Source: Selaginella moellendorffii
Taxonomy: Eukaryota > Plantae > Lycopodiophyta
Assembly (NCBI RefSeq): GCF_000143415.4
Contig: NW_003314278.1
Coordinates: forward strand, 2,063,151-2,127,150
Length of the DNA: 64,000 bases
Reading direction: 5' to 3'
The translations under genes and the position numbers were made by a program. The notes under the pieces were generated by a model. That model was not told the DNA's origin, did no database searches, and saw nothing but the letters and a program-made list of their open reading frames with translations. Below, piece after piece: positions 1-13,190 of this stretch; position 1 is the stretch's first letter; each line of letters begins with the position of its first letter.

Positions 1-1291
1 TCCGAGATGGAGTCCGAGATGGACCCGAGATGGACCCGAAATGGAGTCCGAGATGGAGTCCGAGATGGACCCGAGATGGAGTCCGAGATGGAGTCCGAGA
101 TGGACCCAAGATGGACCCGAGATGGAGTCCGAGATGGAGTCCGAAGTCGAGACCGAGACCGGGACCGAGACCGAGACCGAGACCGAGATCGGGATCGGGA
201 CCGAGACCGAGACCGAGCCCGAGCCCGAGCCCGAGCCCGAGTCCGAGTCCGAATCCAAATCTGAGTCCGAGTCCGAGTCCGAGTCCGGAGCCTGAGAGGG
301 TGAAAGCCCAAAGCGTTTGTCTCCCAGACCCTGGGGGGTTTGGTGAGCTCCAAAAGTATAGTAGGGGGAGGACTGCAGTGGAGCCAGTTTGGCCAGGAAA
401 GGCCAGTTTGGCCCAGGAAGGCTAGACCCAGTGTTGGGTGATGAACTGACCACTGGGAAGTCCAAGACTAGAGTGAATACGGACCGACAAGCGGGGTAGC
501 TTGGTGAAGTGTTCAAGAGCCGACTCTAGTTCCCCCGGGAGATCGACTGGCCGATGCTCCCAGTCCAAGTGTGGGTGGCACTACCTACTTGGATACCAGG
601 CGTGGCTCAACGGAACCTCGCTCTAAGCCCATGGCTAGAGCACCTAAAGGCGATAGGTGGGGAGAGTACCCAAGTGGCTCGCGTAAGGCCACGGTGTTCC
701 GAAATGTCGTCCCAAAGGCCCAGACTGTGGAAAGGAAGAGGAGCAGTCCTCTGGGGTAGTGACCAAGGACACAGTCGTGTGGTGAGGAAGTCCCAGAGGA
801 CCGTGGGACTTAGTGGTTGGGCCTGTGGGCCTCGATCCAGTGGCAGTGTTGGCAAACACGGCCAGGGGCAGAAAGGGACTTGGTAGGAATTGACAAAGGG
901 ACTTTGGGGAAGGCGATTCCCTAGGTCTGTGGGCATCCTAAGGATGCTAAGGAGTGGATCTAGGATGACCCCTCGTAGACAGATGGCCCAGTCTTGGAGA
1001 GACGGGATGGTGATGCAAGTGGTATTGGACCATTTGCGCAGCAAAGGTGAATGGGCATGGCCTTAGCGTAACGGGCCGAGATGTCAATGGTACCTTTGGG
1101 TGTTGGTCATGGGATCGGACACGTGGAGCACTTGGACCAAGTGCAAAGGTTGAGTGGCATGGATGCCATTCTCGGGGCTAGCAAGCCCCAAGTCCTGAAT
1201 GGGACTTATGGAGGTTGTGAATGAGACTCCTCCAAGTGGTCGGAGGTGTGGTTAAGTGACTAAAGTAGAATGGAAAAATTAGTCGCTTACA
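1..1291 (+). mobile_element. Family-A LTR (5' part outside window), inserted into the internal region of another family-A element
   Basis: Ends ...ttagtcgcttACA at 1291. What follows (ccaagcgagattggc...) is mid-internal family-A sequence, also seen near 29375 and 37867, not a PBS. Confidence 0.9.
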
Positions 1292-4200
1292 CCAAGCGAG
1301 ATTGGCACGTCGGGGGAACAAATACCCTAGTTGAAGGTGATAACTTCAAAAAGGGTGGGCCATGGGGCCGAGCATGGAGGAGTCCATGCATGATCACAGA
1401 CATGTCAAGTGAGAGGACTTGGTAGTGTGGAGGAACTAGGTTCCTAAGCTGTGATCTGTAGCGCGCTTTAAAAATAAGTTGGTGCACCGGCGTGGGGAGT
1501 CACGCCAAGCATCTTGTATGATGCCGTCCGTAGATGCATATACGGAGGTTGGGTTTGAGTCCCGACCCTCTAGTGCTTGGGTTCGAGTCCCAAATCACTA
1601 GGTCGTGGTGATGGTTTGGAATATGAGGACACTCATATTTTGGTGGTCATGGACTCTCAGTGGGGAGACTGGTTTGGGCACACCACTAAGCGAGGGATGC
1701 CTCGGAGTCGTGATGCACGGTTAGATTGCTTAGTGTGAAAGCTCGGCATATCTAACTTGAATGCTTTGGTGCAAGTGGCACCAAGGACGTGGTGAGTGAG
1801 ATGGGGACACCTAATCTCAGTTGCTATGGACCCTTGGCCGGAAGGGCTGGCTTGGGCGCACCGCCAAGTGTGGGGGATGCCCCCGGGGTTGTAGTTAACA
1901 AGTTAAAGGTCTGGAAGACCTAGTACCTATTGGCAAACCTGTTAAGGTGCCGAGGTGAGATCACTAGGTGATCTTGTGGCTAAATAAGGACAAGGTCCTT
2001 GTTTGGGTTAAGGAATAAGGTTCCTAGTTCAAAGTGTTGATTTGAACTATTGATGATGGTGTGGCTTGGTCAAGGTGACCAAGTGGGAAAAGCACCTTAG
2101 GGAAATGAGCTATGTCATTGCGATGGCATAGTGTGTCCAAGGAAAGTAGTCTCTAAAGAGACCCATGAGAGGGTCACAAAGTTGGGCTGAGGATAGAGCC
2201 CACAGCAGAAGATGCTAAAAGAGACTTACTAGGGGTGAACACCCTAGTCTTGGCAAAGCAGAGCCTTTGCTATGGAATCAAAAGAATACCTCAAGGAGGG
2301 AGGTAGAGATTCGATGTTGCTTGGTGCAACAATTAACGGATAGGAGCAAAAGATGAGTGGCCAAGATAGGGCCGTGGAATCCCTGGGAAGGAATCCAAGT
2401 GACAAAGTTAGGCGAGGAACACTGATGTGTTGGACGCTAACAAATTGCGGGAAAGGAAGTGTGTTTCCAAGGATGGATTCCGAATTGCTCCGATTTGGCG
2501 AAAGTGGAAGCTCCAAGGGAGGGAGCGGTGAGGTAGCCAAATGATAGGGCGATGGACAACCCTAGCACAAAGTGTGATAAATGGAACTTAGTGCCCAAGG
2601 TGGCACGAAATAGAAGAGAGGATGATGGTGCCCTCAAGTAATGAACTTTCTAGGATAGGGAAGTGGAGTTGCACAATCTGTGCAATGCAAGGTGTTGGAG
2701 ACACCTAGGGAATTGATTTCCAAAAGTCAAAAGAGTAAAAATTCCAAGGTGCAAACATTTAATAGATGGAAATTGAGACTACTCAAGAAGGAGTAGTGGG
2801 ATTGACTTAGAGAAGGGTCTCTAAGAGGTTTAGCGAGAACTAAACCAATAAAAGGAGAGAACCACTACATGTGGTCCAATCAGTCTCTAAGTTGGAGAGG
2901 CTACCCTCCTTAGAGGAAAGGCAAGGCATGGTGAGCCTTGGGTGTCAAACCATTGAGGCATATGCAAAAGGCATGGTGAGCCTTCAATGTCAAACCATTG
3001 ACAAATATTGGCTAGGTGCCAAGGATGGAAATGGTAACACATGCGAGTGTTACTTTACAAAATGGTTTACCGTTCGATGAGGACATCGAACTTCGTCTAT
3101 GGGTGGTGGAGTTGTGAGACACAAAATCCCTAGGCCCCAAAGTGGAGCCGGAAAGGGTGCCACGTGGTAGTGGCTGAAGCGAGAGCCAAACGAGCGTAAC
3201 ACGTTTGGACCAAAAGCTCCGACTTGAAAAGTCAAGAGCGGGAGTGGAACTCCCAAAGAAGTGCTCGAGGAACGAGCACGAAGCGAGCAAAAAGCGAGGC
3301 TCCAAAAACGGACCCAAAAGGACCAACACATGACACATGGAAGTGTCCGAAATGGACTTGAGTTGGAGTCCGAAGTGGAGTCCGAGATGGACTCGAGTTG
3401 GAGTCCGAAGTGGAGTCCGAGATGGACCCGAGTTGGAGTCCAAAGTGGAGTCCGAGATGGACCCGAGTTGGAGTCCAAAGTGGAGTCCGAGATGAACTCG
3501 AGTTGGAGTCCGAAGTGGAGTCCGAGATGGACCCGAGTTGGAGTCCGAGGTGGACCCGAGATGGACCCGAAATGGAGTCCGAGATGGAGTCCGAGATGGA
3601 CCCGAGATGGAGTCCGAGATGGACCCGAGATGGAGTCCGAGATGGAGTCCGAGATGGAGTCCGAAGTCGAGACCGAGACCGGGACCGAGACCGAGACCGA
3701 GACCGAGATCAGGACCAAGAACGAGACCGAGGCCGAGGCCGAGACCGAGCCCAAGCCCGAGTCCAAGTCCAAATCCGAGTCCGAGTCCGAGTCCGAGTTC
3801 GAGCCTGAGAGGGTGAAAGCCCAAAGCGTTCGTCTCCCAGACCCTGGGGGGTTTGGTGAGCTCCAAAAGTATAGTAGGGGGAGGACTGCAGTGGAGCCAG
3901 TTTGGCCAGGAAAGGCCAGTTTGGCCCAGGATGGCCGGACCCAGTGTTGGGTGATGAGCTGCCCACTGGGAAGTCCAAGACTAGAGTGAACACGGACCGA
4001 CAAGCGGGGTAGCTTGGTGAAGTGTTCAAGAGCCGGCTCTAGTTCCCCCGGGAGATCGACTGGCCGATGCTCCCAGTCCAAGTGTGGGTGGCACTACCTA
4101 CTTGGATACCTGGTGTGGCTCAACGGAACCCGCTCTAAGCCCATGGCTAGAGCACCCAAGGGCAGAAGGCGAGGAGAGTACCCAGGCGGCTCGCGTAAGG

Positions 4201-4803
4201 CCACGGTGTTCCGAAATGTTGTACCAAAGGCCCAGACTGTGAAAAGGAAGAGGAGCAGTCCTCTGGGGTAGTGACCAAGGACACAGTCGTGTGGTGAGGA
4301 AGTCCCAGAGGACCGGGGGACTTAGTGGTCGGGCCTGTGGGTCTCGATCCAGTGGCAGTGTTGGCAAACACGGCCAGGGGCAGAAAGGGACTTAGTGGGG
4401 ACTGACAGAGGGATATTGGGGAAGGCTATTCCCCTTGTCGGTGGGCATCCTAAGGATGCTAAGGAGTGGATCTGAGATGACCACTCACGAATGGTTTGCC
4501 TAGTCTTGGAGAGCCAAGACGGTGATGCAAGTGGTATTGGACTACCAGTGTGGCAAAGGTGATTAGGCATGGCCTTAGCGTAACGGGCTGCTATGTCGGT
4601 GGTACCTTTGAGTGTCGGTCATGGGATCAGACACGTGGAGCACTTGGACCAAGTGCAAATGTTGAGTGGCATGGATGCCATTCTCGGGGCTAGCAAGTCC
4701 CAAGTCCTGGATTGGACTTATGGAGGTTGTGAATGAGACTCCTCCAAGTGGTCAGAGGTGTGGTTAAGTGACTAAAGTAGAATGGAAAATTTAGTCGCTT
4801 ACA
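1292..4803 (+). mobile_element. 3' half of non-autonomous family-A LTR retrotransposon: non-coding internal 1292-3112, PPT, 3' LTR 3113-4803
   Basis: PPT gggtggtggagt abuts TGTGAGACAC at 3113; LTR ends cttACA at 4803; internal sequence homologous to 29375-31144 and 37867-41538. Confidence 0.92.
3350..3805 (+). repeat. LTR minisatellite: 11-12 bp GAGTCCGAGATG/GACCCGAGATG units followed by GAGACC/GAGTCC hexamers
   Basis: Directly visible; also at about 1-290, 17510-18235, 26250-26745, 31375-31755, 34070-34610 and 41775-42300. Source of the MESE/SPRW/DGVR pseudo-ORFs. Confidence 0.95.
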
Positions 4804-5039
4804 TAATTCTGATAACTCAAAGTGTAACCTTGAGTTGCTAATATGCCTTACTCATGAGCCCAAGTGCAAACTCATGCAAACGGAATATCTCAATCCATCT
4901 AATAAACCCAAGCGCAAGCTTGCACAATATGGTATAAAAGGTAACCAAAATCCATACCCAAGGAACGAATGCAAAGTCTTAGCACCCAAACATGTACCCA
5001 CTTGGATTATCTTTTTCATCTCTGAGTATGCAACTATAA

Positions 5040-5680
5040 GTGGCTATGGAGTCCAAGATGAAGTCCAAGATGGACCCGAGATGGACCCGAGATGGAGTTT
5101 GAGATGGACCCGAGATGAATTCTGAGATGGAGTTCAAAATGGACCCAAGATGGAGTACGAGATGGAGTCCGAGATGGAGTCTGAGATGGAGTCTAAGATA
5201 GACCCAAGATGGAGTCCGAGATGGAATCGAGATCGATATTGAGACCGAGACTGTAACCAAGACCGAGTTTGAGTTTGAAACCACCAATATGGCAAAGGTG
5301 AATGGGCATGGCCTTAGAGTAATAGGCTGATATGTCAGTGGTGCCTTTGGGTGTTAGCCATGGGATCGAATACATGGAGCATTTAGACCAAGTGTAAAGG
5401 TTGAGTGATAGGGATACCATTTTTGGGGCTAGCAAGCCCCAAGTCTAGAATAGGGATTTGAACTATTGATAATGGTATGGCTTGGTCAAGGTGACCAAGT
5501 GGAAAGGACACTTAAAGGGAAATTAATTATGCCAATACTATGGTATAGTGAATCCAAGAAAGTAGCCTTTAGAAAAGACCCATGGGAGGGTTGCAAAGTT
5601 GGGCCATCAATAGAGCCCGTAATAGAAAATGTTAAAAAGACTTACTAAGGGTGAGCACCCTCTGGTAAAATAGAGCCTTT
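5040..5680 (+). mobile_element. Degenerate mosaic of family-A LTR and internal fragments
   Basis: Minisatellite remnant, LTR 3' part and internal sequence similar to 2040-2240, joined by deletions. Confidence 0.8.
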
Positions 5681-5724
5681 TGGTTCCATGGCAAATGCTC
5701 TATTCCAGAATAAGGACTGAAAGT

Positions 5725-5830
5725 GAGGTCACTTAGCCCAGTACTATTCAACCCAAGGACATTTAACCCTAAATATCCCAAGACTCTTAATTGATTGGAA
5801 AAAAGGGTGCACTCTTATTCATAGGCCATT
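5725..5830 (-). repeat. 5S rRNA-like (Cassandra-like) fragment, second copy at 9991-10072
   Basis: gaggtcacttagcccagtactattcaacccaaggacatttaac resembles the reverse complement of the 3' half of plant 5S rRNA; both copies continue with shared sequence (tatccc...ttaattgatt.gaaaa). Confidence 0.5.
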
Positions 5831-5940
5831 TCCCTTTATATTTGAAATTTATAGATTTTTTCTCAAGTTGTTCTCTTTGGTTGCTTACAGTAACAAAATT
5901 AGTTGCCCAATCTCATTGGATAGTACTCATTGAGACGTAT

Positions 5941-6410
5941 TCTTTGATACCAAATGTAGCGCACGTGGTTTTCACCCTTTATCCTATGGTGATTTACCAT
6001 AGGATAATCATAAAGTGGAACCTAAACCCTCCATATGCTATGTGTCATATGCCATGCCACATGGTGCGGAACCTGAGTTTCAGAACCTTAGGCCACTGAA
6101 CGAAAGAATGGAGGCAAACTCCTAAGCATGGAGCCAAGGAGCAAAGGCACTAGAGCATGGAATAACCCCCAAGCGTATAGTCCAAAGAGCAAAATGACAA
6201 GAGTATGGAGTGATTTAGAATAGTTCTAGAGCATCTAACATCCTAATGTTAGGACCAGCACGCAATATAGAGCTAAATGGAGTTTGGCGTTATTTTAGCA
6301 TATTGGTAGTCTAATGCAAGGATATGGGTACTCCACCAGCTAGCATAATGTGGAACTTGGGCTTAGACTTAAGCCAAATGCAGAACAAGGAACTCAAACT
6401 TGCCACTCAA
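5941..6410 (-). mobile_element. Family-C 5' LTR (3' portion, 5955 to ~6410) with tRNA-iMet PBS at 5941-5953
   Basis: Reverse complement of 9510-9953; on the minus strand the LTR end ...gctACA is followed by tttggtatcaaaga. Confidence 0.8.
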
Positions 6411-8413
6411 TTTGTTTGAATGTCAACACAGTTGCTAACAAGCAAATGCAAGAATGTTAATAACATAACACTACAGCCTAAGCATCAATATTATTTGCAT
6501 TGAGATTAATGAAACTTAATATCAATCTTAAGGAGAGACATCTCATTTCATTTGAATCTCAATATCAACAATGTCAACGACAAGGCACCACTTCAATGCC
6601 ATCAACACTAGAACAAAGCTAAAAGATTGTAAGAGTGAATCACTACTCAAAACTTTTTAGCAACCAAGCTAACCAAAGTCAAAGATACTTTAATCAGTAT
6701 CTGAGACTAGATCTTTCAACAATACTCAGCTATAGATAACACATCATTAAAGAGTGATTCACCACATCCAAGACTTAATGAAATCTAACACTACGAATTA
6801 AACGTAACCAAATGATATCGATAGAGCTAGAATCGATATACCAACATGGAAAAATAATGACACGATCCTCTGCAACACCATCCGGTAAAGCAAATTCATC
6901 ACTGCTAAATCATCATCAAGTGAAGCAAGTGTCAAACAGTCCTCGACAAAGTCTGTAAGCAACTACTAGTTGCAAAGCAACCAGCAATCATTCTTCAACT
7001 TGCCTTCACAAGACTCAAACACTAAGCTCATGCCATTGAGTCATATACTTATCCAACATAAACATAATATCCTAAGTATGAGATAAAGGTTTATGGTCAA
7101 GTATAAACTAAACGACTATTCGAATCCAACTCAATTGCAATAAGCTCATTAATACGTTTAGCCAACAGCTCTGAGCATGCTTTGAAGAGGCTAGCTATGT
7201 ATGATCAACACTTAGCCGAAACTAAAGTGAAGACCATAAGATGGACTCATATCGGTACACAACCTCCTTATAGACAAAACTATAGTACGGGTACCAATAT
7301 TTTAACCTCAACCAACTAAGCTGGATATCACCATCCTCAACCAAGGTGCAAGGCCACCAAGACCAAGTTAATATCAGTGAGAGCTCACTACTCTCATAGA
7401 ATCTTAATAAAATGCAAGGTGCAACCTACCACCTAGCACAATGCTAAAAGAAAGGCATAAAGGTCACCTTTCTAGAAAAGTGCAATGGCCACTTTTCTAC
7501 ACTAACTCTAGACTCTATCCAACTCAATTGCTTTAGCTCTAAAAGTTAGCATCCTTTTTGGGTCATATCATACAAACTATTACTAAGGTTTAAGCCAACC
7601 AAAGTCAACTCCAACCCCTTCACTAGTTTATATTGACTTATGAAAATGGAATGGTTTTCGAGCAAAGTGATCAATACATCAGCCATTGAAAAAGTCTAAA
7701 AAAATTTGTAGAAATTTTTCCATCCTAGAGAAAGAATGTCTCTTAGTTTAAGAAATCAAACTTTCAAGACTCAACTAACTTCCTCCTACCAACAACTTCA
7801 CAAAGGTTTATTTCAACACAAATTCTCGAGACCTATAGTATGCTTAAGTGTCGAATATCATACCCATAATTCCGATATCCAACACCAACATCCGCAATAT
7901 ACAAAAAAAACATCCAAGATTCGATCATGAAGACCATATCTCTAGATATCCAAATTGCATTAACACTCTTCATCAACCACCTTTAAGATCCAATGTGAAG
8001 CCAAAACACTAACAAAGAAAATGACATAGAAAATCAAGATCCAAGGAAAATTCCTCATCACTAGAAATAACAATGCCACTTTCACTAACACAAGTGCTAG
8101 TGATGTCAATGCCCCAACTACACATTTTCTCCATCCAACAATTTACTCCAAGTGCTAACGGATCAACTAACGAGCTATAGCAAATGAATGCTAGAACCCT
8201 TTTCCAACACTTTAATGGACAAACTTAGGGAAACAAGGTACCAACTTAAGCTTAGCATAATGGATCACCATCGAGAATCTAGTTAAAGCTACTATAATGG
8301 TACTTCGTGCAAGTAGACTAGTTTCACTATCAACCACTTTGGGGTTGATCATTGCTTAACCAAGCAACTTCATATACACATTGCTCATTATCACATGGAT
8401 ATGATATAAGTAT

Positions 8414-9953
8414 TGGGCCAGTATAAGCAAATTGGCTTCGGCACTTCGTGTGCATGGTGAAATCTCTAGTCATGGGGTAGCTATTGTCTATTAGTCACAT
8501 AACCTGCCTCTCTATTGATGTTCTTTATTCCGTTAAAAGGGCATGACTATATAAACAACTCTAACTATCTGTTTACAGTAGTCTATCTAAACCTTACTGA
8601 TAGGTTTAGTTTCTTTGCTCAGGTTGGTTGGGGCCTCTGGCTTCTCTCTCCATGTCCTTGCGGGCAGGGGCGTATCACACTTTTGTAAGCTGGCTGACAC
8701 CCAGAGTAGCAAGGGTGGCTAACACCGTTAGTCATTTCCTTGTCAGCGACGGCCAGAAGGTGTCTGAGTTGGTAGCGCATCCGCGTTCAACAAAGAGGTT
8801 ACCCTAACTCATTTAAGTTGGTGTATTTCTCATATAGTATGAATACCATGAACTTTTTCTGGAGTTGCTTCCTTGGTGGTATTCTAGACTCAAGTATGCA
8901 TCGACGAGGATGTCAATCTTCCCTAGGGGGGGAGAGTGTCGCGAATGTGGCTTTGGGTATCGAAAGTTACCTATCAGCTAGTCCTTACAGACACTCTTTC
9001 CTTATTGCCATGACGGCAAGAGGTTAGTATTGCTAGTTCCCTTTATCAGCCCCTCTTGTTCAAGTGTTAGTAAACTGGGCTTAGCATCTATACTTGGCCA
9101 AATAAGCATAAGGAAGGAATTCCTAAGTGTCTATTTAGCTGACCATACTCGGCTCGGCTTGTTAGTTCTCTTTTGCTCTATCTTGCACTGGCTTGACAAG
9201 AACCCTCATGTATTGAAACTGGTCCCTCAATATCGTTAGATGATAACTTACTGTGTCTGCAAAACACCCTCGCTATCATGCCCTTTGTGTTAGTCTTATT
9301 TCGGTCCCAAATGCTATTTATGGAAAGTGTCTAGATTTGCTCATTTAGCATATCTATAGAATGTAGAAATCGGCCTAAACACAATGGTGTTCGTCCCATG
9401 TTCAAATTCACAATCTAGAGCCATTCCATGTATAGTAGGGATAGTGGGTAGGTTTGACATGGCCGACCAACTTGAGGCATAGTCTAGCTCCTGCTTGCAT
9501 GCCTGTCCTTGTTCTGTGTCTGGCTTGGGTCTAAGCCCAAGCTCCACACCATGCTAACTGATGGAGTACCCATGTCCTCATATTAGGCCACTGATATACT
9601 GAAATAGTGCTAGACTCCGTTTGGCTTCATTTTGCATGCTGATCCTGGCATTGAGATGCTAGTTGTTCTAGGACTGTTCCAAGTTGCTCCGTGCTCTTGT
9701 CCCTTCACTCCTTAGGGTGTACGCTGGGGAGTTGCTCTGTGGTTCGGTTCCATCACTCTTTAGCTCCATGCTTGGGGGTTTGGCACTATTCTTTCATTTA
9801 GAGGCCTAAGGCCCTGAACCTCAAATTCCACATCAGTATTCTATGGACACGTGGCATATAACACGTGGCACATAGAGGGTTTAGGTTCCGCTTCATGGTG
9901 TTATCCTATGGTAAATCACCATAGGATAAAAGGTAAAAACCACATGTGCTACA
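8414..9953 (+). mobile_element. 3' end of family-C LTR element: 3' internal region, PPT 8926-8936, LTR 8937-9953
   Basis: PPT gggggggagag then TGTCGCG... ending GCTACA; reverse-complement homolog at 58611-59644. Confidence 0.85.
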
Positions 9954-10564
9954 GACCCCTATAATATTAAATATATGCTCCTAAATTTAAACTTTTCAAG
10001 AGGTCACCCAACCCAGTATTATTCAAACCCAAGAACCAAGTATCCCAAAACCCTTAATTGATTAGAAAAGGGGAGATAAAAAGGTATATTAGGCATTTTA
10101 AAATTAAACTCTTAATGTGTTCATTAATTCTTACAAATCAAAGGGAGCTCTTCTATAAATTAGATGTAATAATCTTCAACTTGAGAAAACTCCCCATCAT
10201 CAACTTTGTCCTCCTTATTTGGAATATGATAAATTGAAAAATCTATTTTTACAAAGAAGTCAAAATGAAAGGATATTTCAATAGAAGAATGGGAATGTGA
10301 CAAATGATTGTTGTGCAGAGTTTGAGGTTAGCAAGAGAGCCTATATGTATTTTTCTTTTGAGCCATTCTTAAACCAAACACTACACTTTTAATATGTTAC
10401 TTTTTGTAATTATTTTATGGTGCAGAAATATTTTTAATATGTATATTGCAATAGGCACCCTAGAACAGGGTATGCTACATAAAATTAATATCATTTCATT
10501 ATAATTTCTTTTTTAAGGGACAATACTATAATATAGTAAAACAATTCTAGATTTTAAATTCCAT

Positions 10565-11049
10565 TGTAGGGTGGCCTAAAAATCCCATATTTAGCATTAG
10601 CCAATATAATGTTTTCTAAGGAGATGTTTCTCATCATGAAGTGGTAGTGGGTATATGTTTGTAAGTTATTATTGAATCTATTGTATATCTATATATATAT
10701 ACACATTTTCTAAACAATTGCTAAAAACAAGTTTATAGCCATTTTTTTTGTCCATTAAATACTAAATATAATAGCATTTTATGCCTTCAAACTCTCCCAC
10801 CATATCAGGAGCAATATCTTGCAAAAATATGTAGCACTACTCTTGAAGTGCTAGAAGCAATCTTTCTTTAGTAATAATATCCAAGTAAATAGGGAGCTCT
10901 AGTTCAACTTCACTAGAGCCTATAACAAAAAGAAAATTTTTATATAGAGGTGAAGGTAGAATATAAGTAGAATTTGGGGATGAAGATGGAGATTGATATG
11001 AAATATTAGAGGATCAAGTATGAGTAGCAATGACTTTTCTTCAAGCCAT
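10565..11049 (-). pseudogene. Degenerate paralog of the small CxxC..HCxxC gene at 44767-45315
   Basis: Minus strand aatggcttgaagaaaagtcattgctact..., gatattgctcctgatatgg..., gctaaatatgggatttttaggccaccc align with the 43957-45315 paralogs; contains stops and deletions. Confidence 0.75.
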
Positions 11050-11291
11050 TTTTATACTAAACTTTCCAACTTTCCAAATAACTTAAGGACAAAAATACTA
11101 CAATAACTATAACTTTTCTTAGTAGTTTATAAACTAATACTAGGAATGAGGTTTATTTATTATGACACTGATAATACTTAGATTCTTGAATGTTAGACTC
11201 AGAAATGGAACTTTAGAATAGAACTTCTAGAATTCTTTATTATTGTGTATATATATACTAAAATATTTATCATTATATTGAAAACCTACTC

Positions 11292-11294
<3 letters not shown>

Positions 11295-11354
<60 letters not shown>
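11295..11354. repeat. (TA)n microsatellite
   Basis: About 30 TA units. Confidence 0.98.
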
Positions 11355-11357
<3 letters not shown>

Positions 11358-12707
11358 TTTTCTATACTTCTGCCAACTTTCTTGAGAAATAGATTATAGG
11401 TAAATATAGATCATGTTATAATGGTAGGGCATATAAATACACATGCATTTTCTCATGCAAGATTACTTTTCAATATTGAAAATATAGATGCACTTTGTTG
11501 TTATATTACTTTTAAGTCTTTTAAAAGACTTTTATTTCTATTATTATTATTCACAAATGACTCTTGAAAAGTTCTAGTAGGGATTCACTATGAAAATATA
11601 TCTTATTCTTATTATATAGAAGGATTGTGATATTGGCAAGCAAGTAGAGTTTTTAATATGAATTAATATATAAAATAAAAATACTATAGAAAGTTCTATG
11701 AAGTAGATTTAATGGTGTTTTCACCATGCTGTTCATTTCTTAATTTCTCTTATTTTAGACTATTATTTTGGAAATAATAGAAGTATTTTTATCAATGGTG
11801 ACAATGGTCTCTATATTCCTGAATAGGTAATAAGGACCAAGAGTGTAATATAAAGATTGTGGTATTGAAATAAAATTAATATTTTCACATTTTTTTACTC
11901 TACAACTTTTACTCATAAATGTTTTATTTCTCTTGCTTCCCATCTTCTCAAGAACCTTATAGAAATATTTTGGAAGAAGAAAAATATATTGCCTTCACTA
12001 ACATATAATAATAATGGCTAGTTGGATGCATGGTCATCACATTCACCATGCATTCACAGCCCGAAACAAGGAGATAAACTGGTTCACTGAATTGGCCAAT
12101 TAGGCACCTAAGCTCAAGCACTTAGACATCCAAGGCTTCCATTAGAGCCTCTTGATCTAGACACAAGTTCAACAAATCAATTAATTAGGGTGAAAAGAGA
12201 AGTTGAAAAACAAAAGCTACTACCTAAGTGTTCTCTACTATAACATTGCTCTAGCACCATGAGCTTGGATTGTTGCCTATGATCTTAACAAACCAATTAG
12301 TCATACTAATATGAAAAAGAAGATGTAAAAAAAAAACTCATCTGATCAGTGCTCCATAGGTTGCTTGTGATCTAAACAAACTAATTAATCTTGCACATAG
12401 AAGAAGAAGACAAAAAAAAACTCACATGATCAATGCTCCATGAGCAAGAATATTAGAATGTGATAGTGGTAAATGTAAAATAATATAGTTTTAGAAAAAA
12501 TAGATTCTTATGAATCTAAAAGAGTCAATCTAGTAGAAGCTTTTGACCTAGGTACTTATATATTCCAATATTTTAAAGTTCATCAGAACCTTCATTTTTT
12601 CAACTTAAATTTCTTTTGTAAAACATACAATTGACTTTGTTAACTTGTGTTGACTCATGCTGAGTTGAGCTCAACTCGTAACTCAACTCAACTTTAGACT
12701 ATCCCTT

Positions 12708-13190
12708 GATGTATGGTGAACATTTTATGGTATTACACTCTCAACATATTATAGAATCAAGAAGAAGTGGATGGGTGATATTTGAAAATTTGTTCATGGA
12801 AATAAAGACTTCCTATAAACTAGAGGGCATGTTATGATGGCTGAAGCATTATTTCAAAAGTTTGTGAATACTTATAGTGAGTCAATGTTTTATAAAATAA
12901 AGTTGCTAATTAATAGGACCACAACTAGCAATCTTGGAAGAAATTAATGTTGAACTTGAGTCTCTTGATTACAAATACATTAGCCAAGCTAAATTCAGCA
13001 TTATATGGAACACGTAATTTAAGGATGTGGACATTGCAAAATTCTCAAGCTTGATTAGGTCTGATGAGTGTATACAAATCAAATTAGTCAAATGCAAGAA
13101 TTCATGCACACTAACAGAGAGGGAAGAGCTCCACCATAAAAGAAATGAGCATAATATGGAACAAAAGAGTTATGTAAATGTTTTATGATA
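12708..13190 (+). pseudogene. Old fragment of a Sola-like transposase homologous to 60841-63909
   Basis: Translates (with stops and frameshifts) to YGITLSTYYRIK..VHGNKDFL*TRGHVMMAEALFQKFV..LEEINVELESLDYKYISQAKFSIIWNT*FKDVDIAKFSS..DECIQIK..KNSCTLTEREEL..HNMEQ, colinear with the intact protein. Confidence 0.85.

Larger units (their letters stand above)
10560..12706 (-). mobile_element. Truncated inverted copy of the DNA element that starts at 16837 and continues at 43298
   Basis: Terminus gggatagtctaaagttgagttgag matches 16838 gggatggtccaaagttgagttgag; 11760-11970 matches 17220-17279 joined to 43298-43440; 11400-11480 matches 43650-43730. Confidence 0.75.

Noticed and set aside
1545-1602. tRNA gene suggested by GGTTCGAGTCCC
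   Set aside because: No cloverleaf, A-box or anticodon arm; reported only as T-loop-like hairpins.
3350-3805. CRISPR-like appearance of the regular repeats
   Set aside because: Tandem units without unique spacers, inside LTRs, in a eukaryotic context with no cas genes.
4804-4808. TAATT after the LTR ending at 4803, identical to the TSD of the 17280-43292 complex
   Set aside because: Other TSDs differ (GTAGC, CTTGG, CTAAG); probably chance in AT-rich DNA.
6410-8413. A/C-skewed 2-kb stretch (similar composition at 59645-60150)
   Set aside because: No ORF or motif I can support; probably decayed retroelement internal sequence.
5955-9953. Apparent ~450-bp terminal inverted repeats bounding a 4-kb element
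   Set aside because: They are two family-C LTR ends in opposite orientation (one has a PBS, the other follows a PPT), and there is no TSD.
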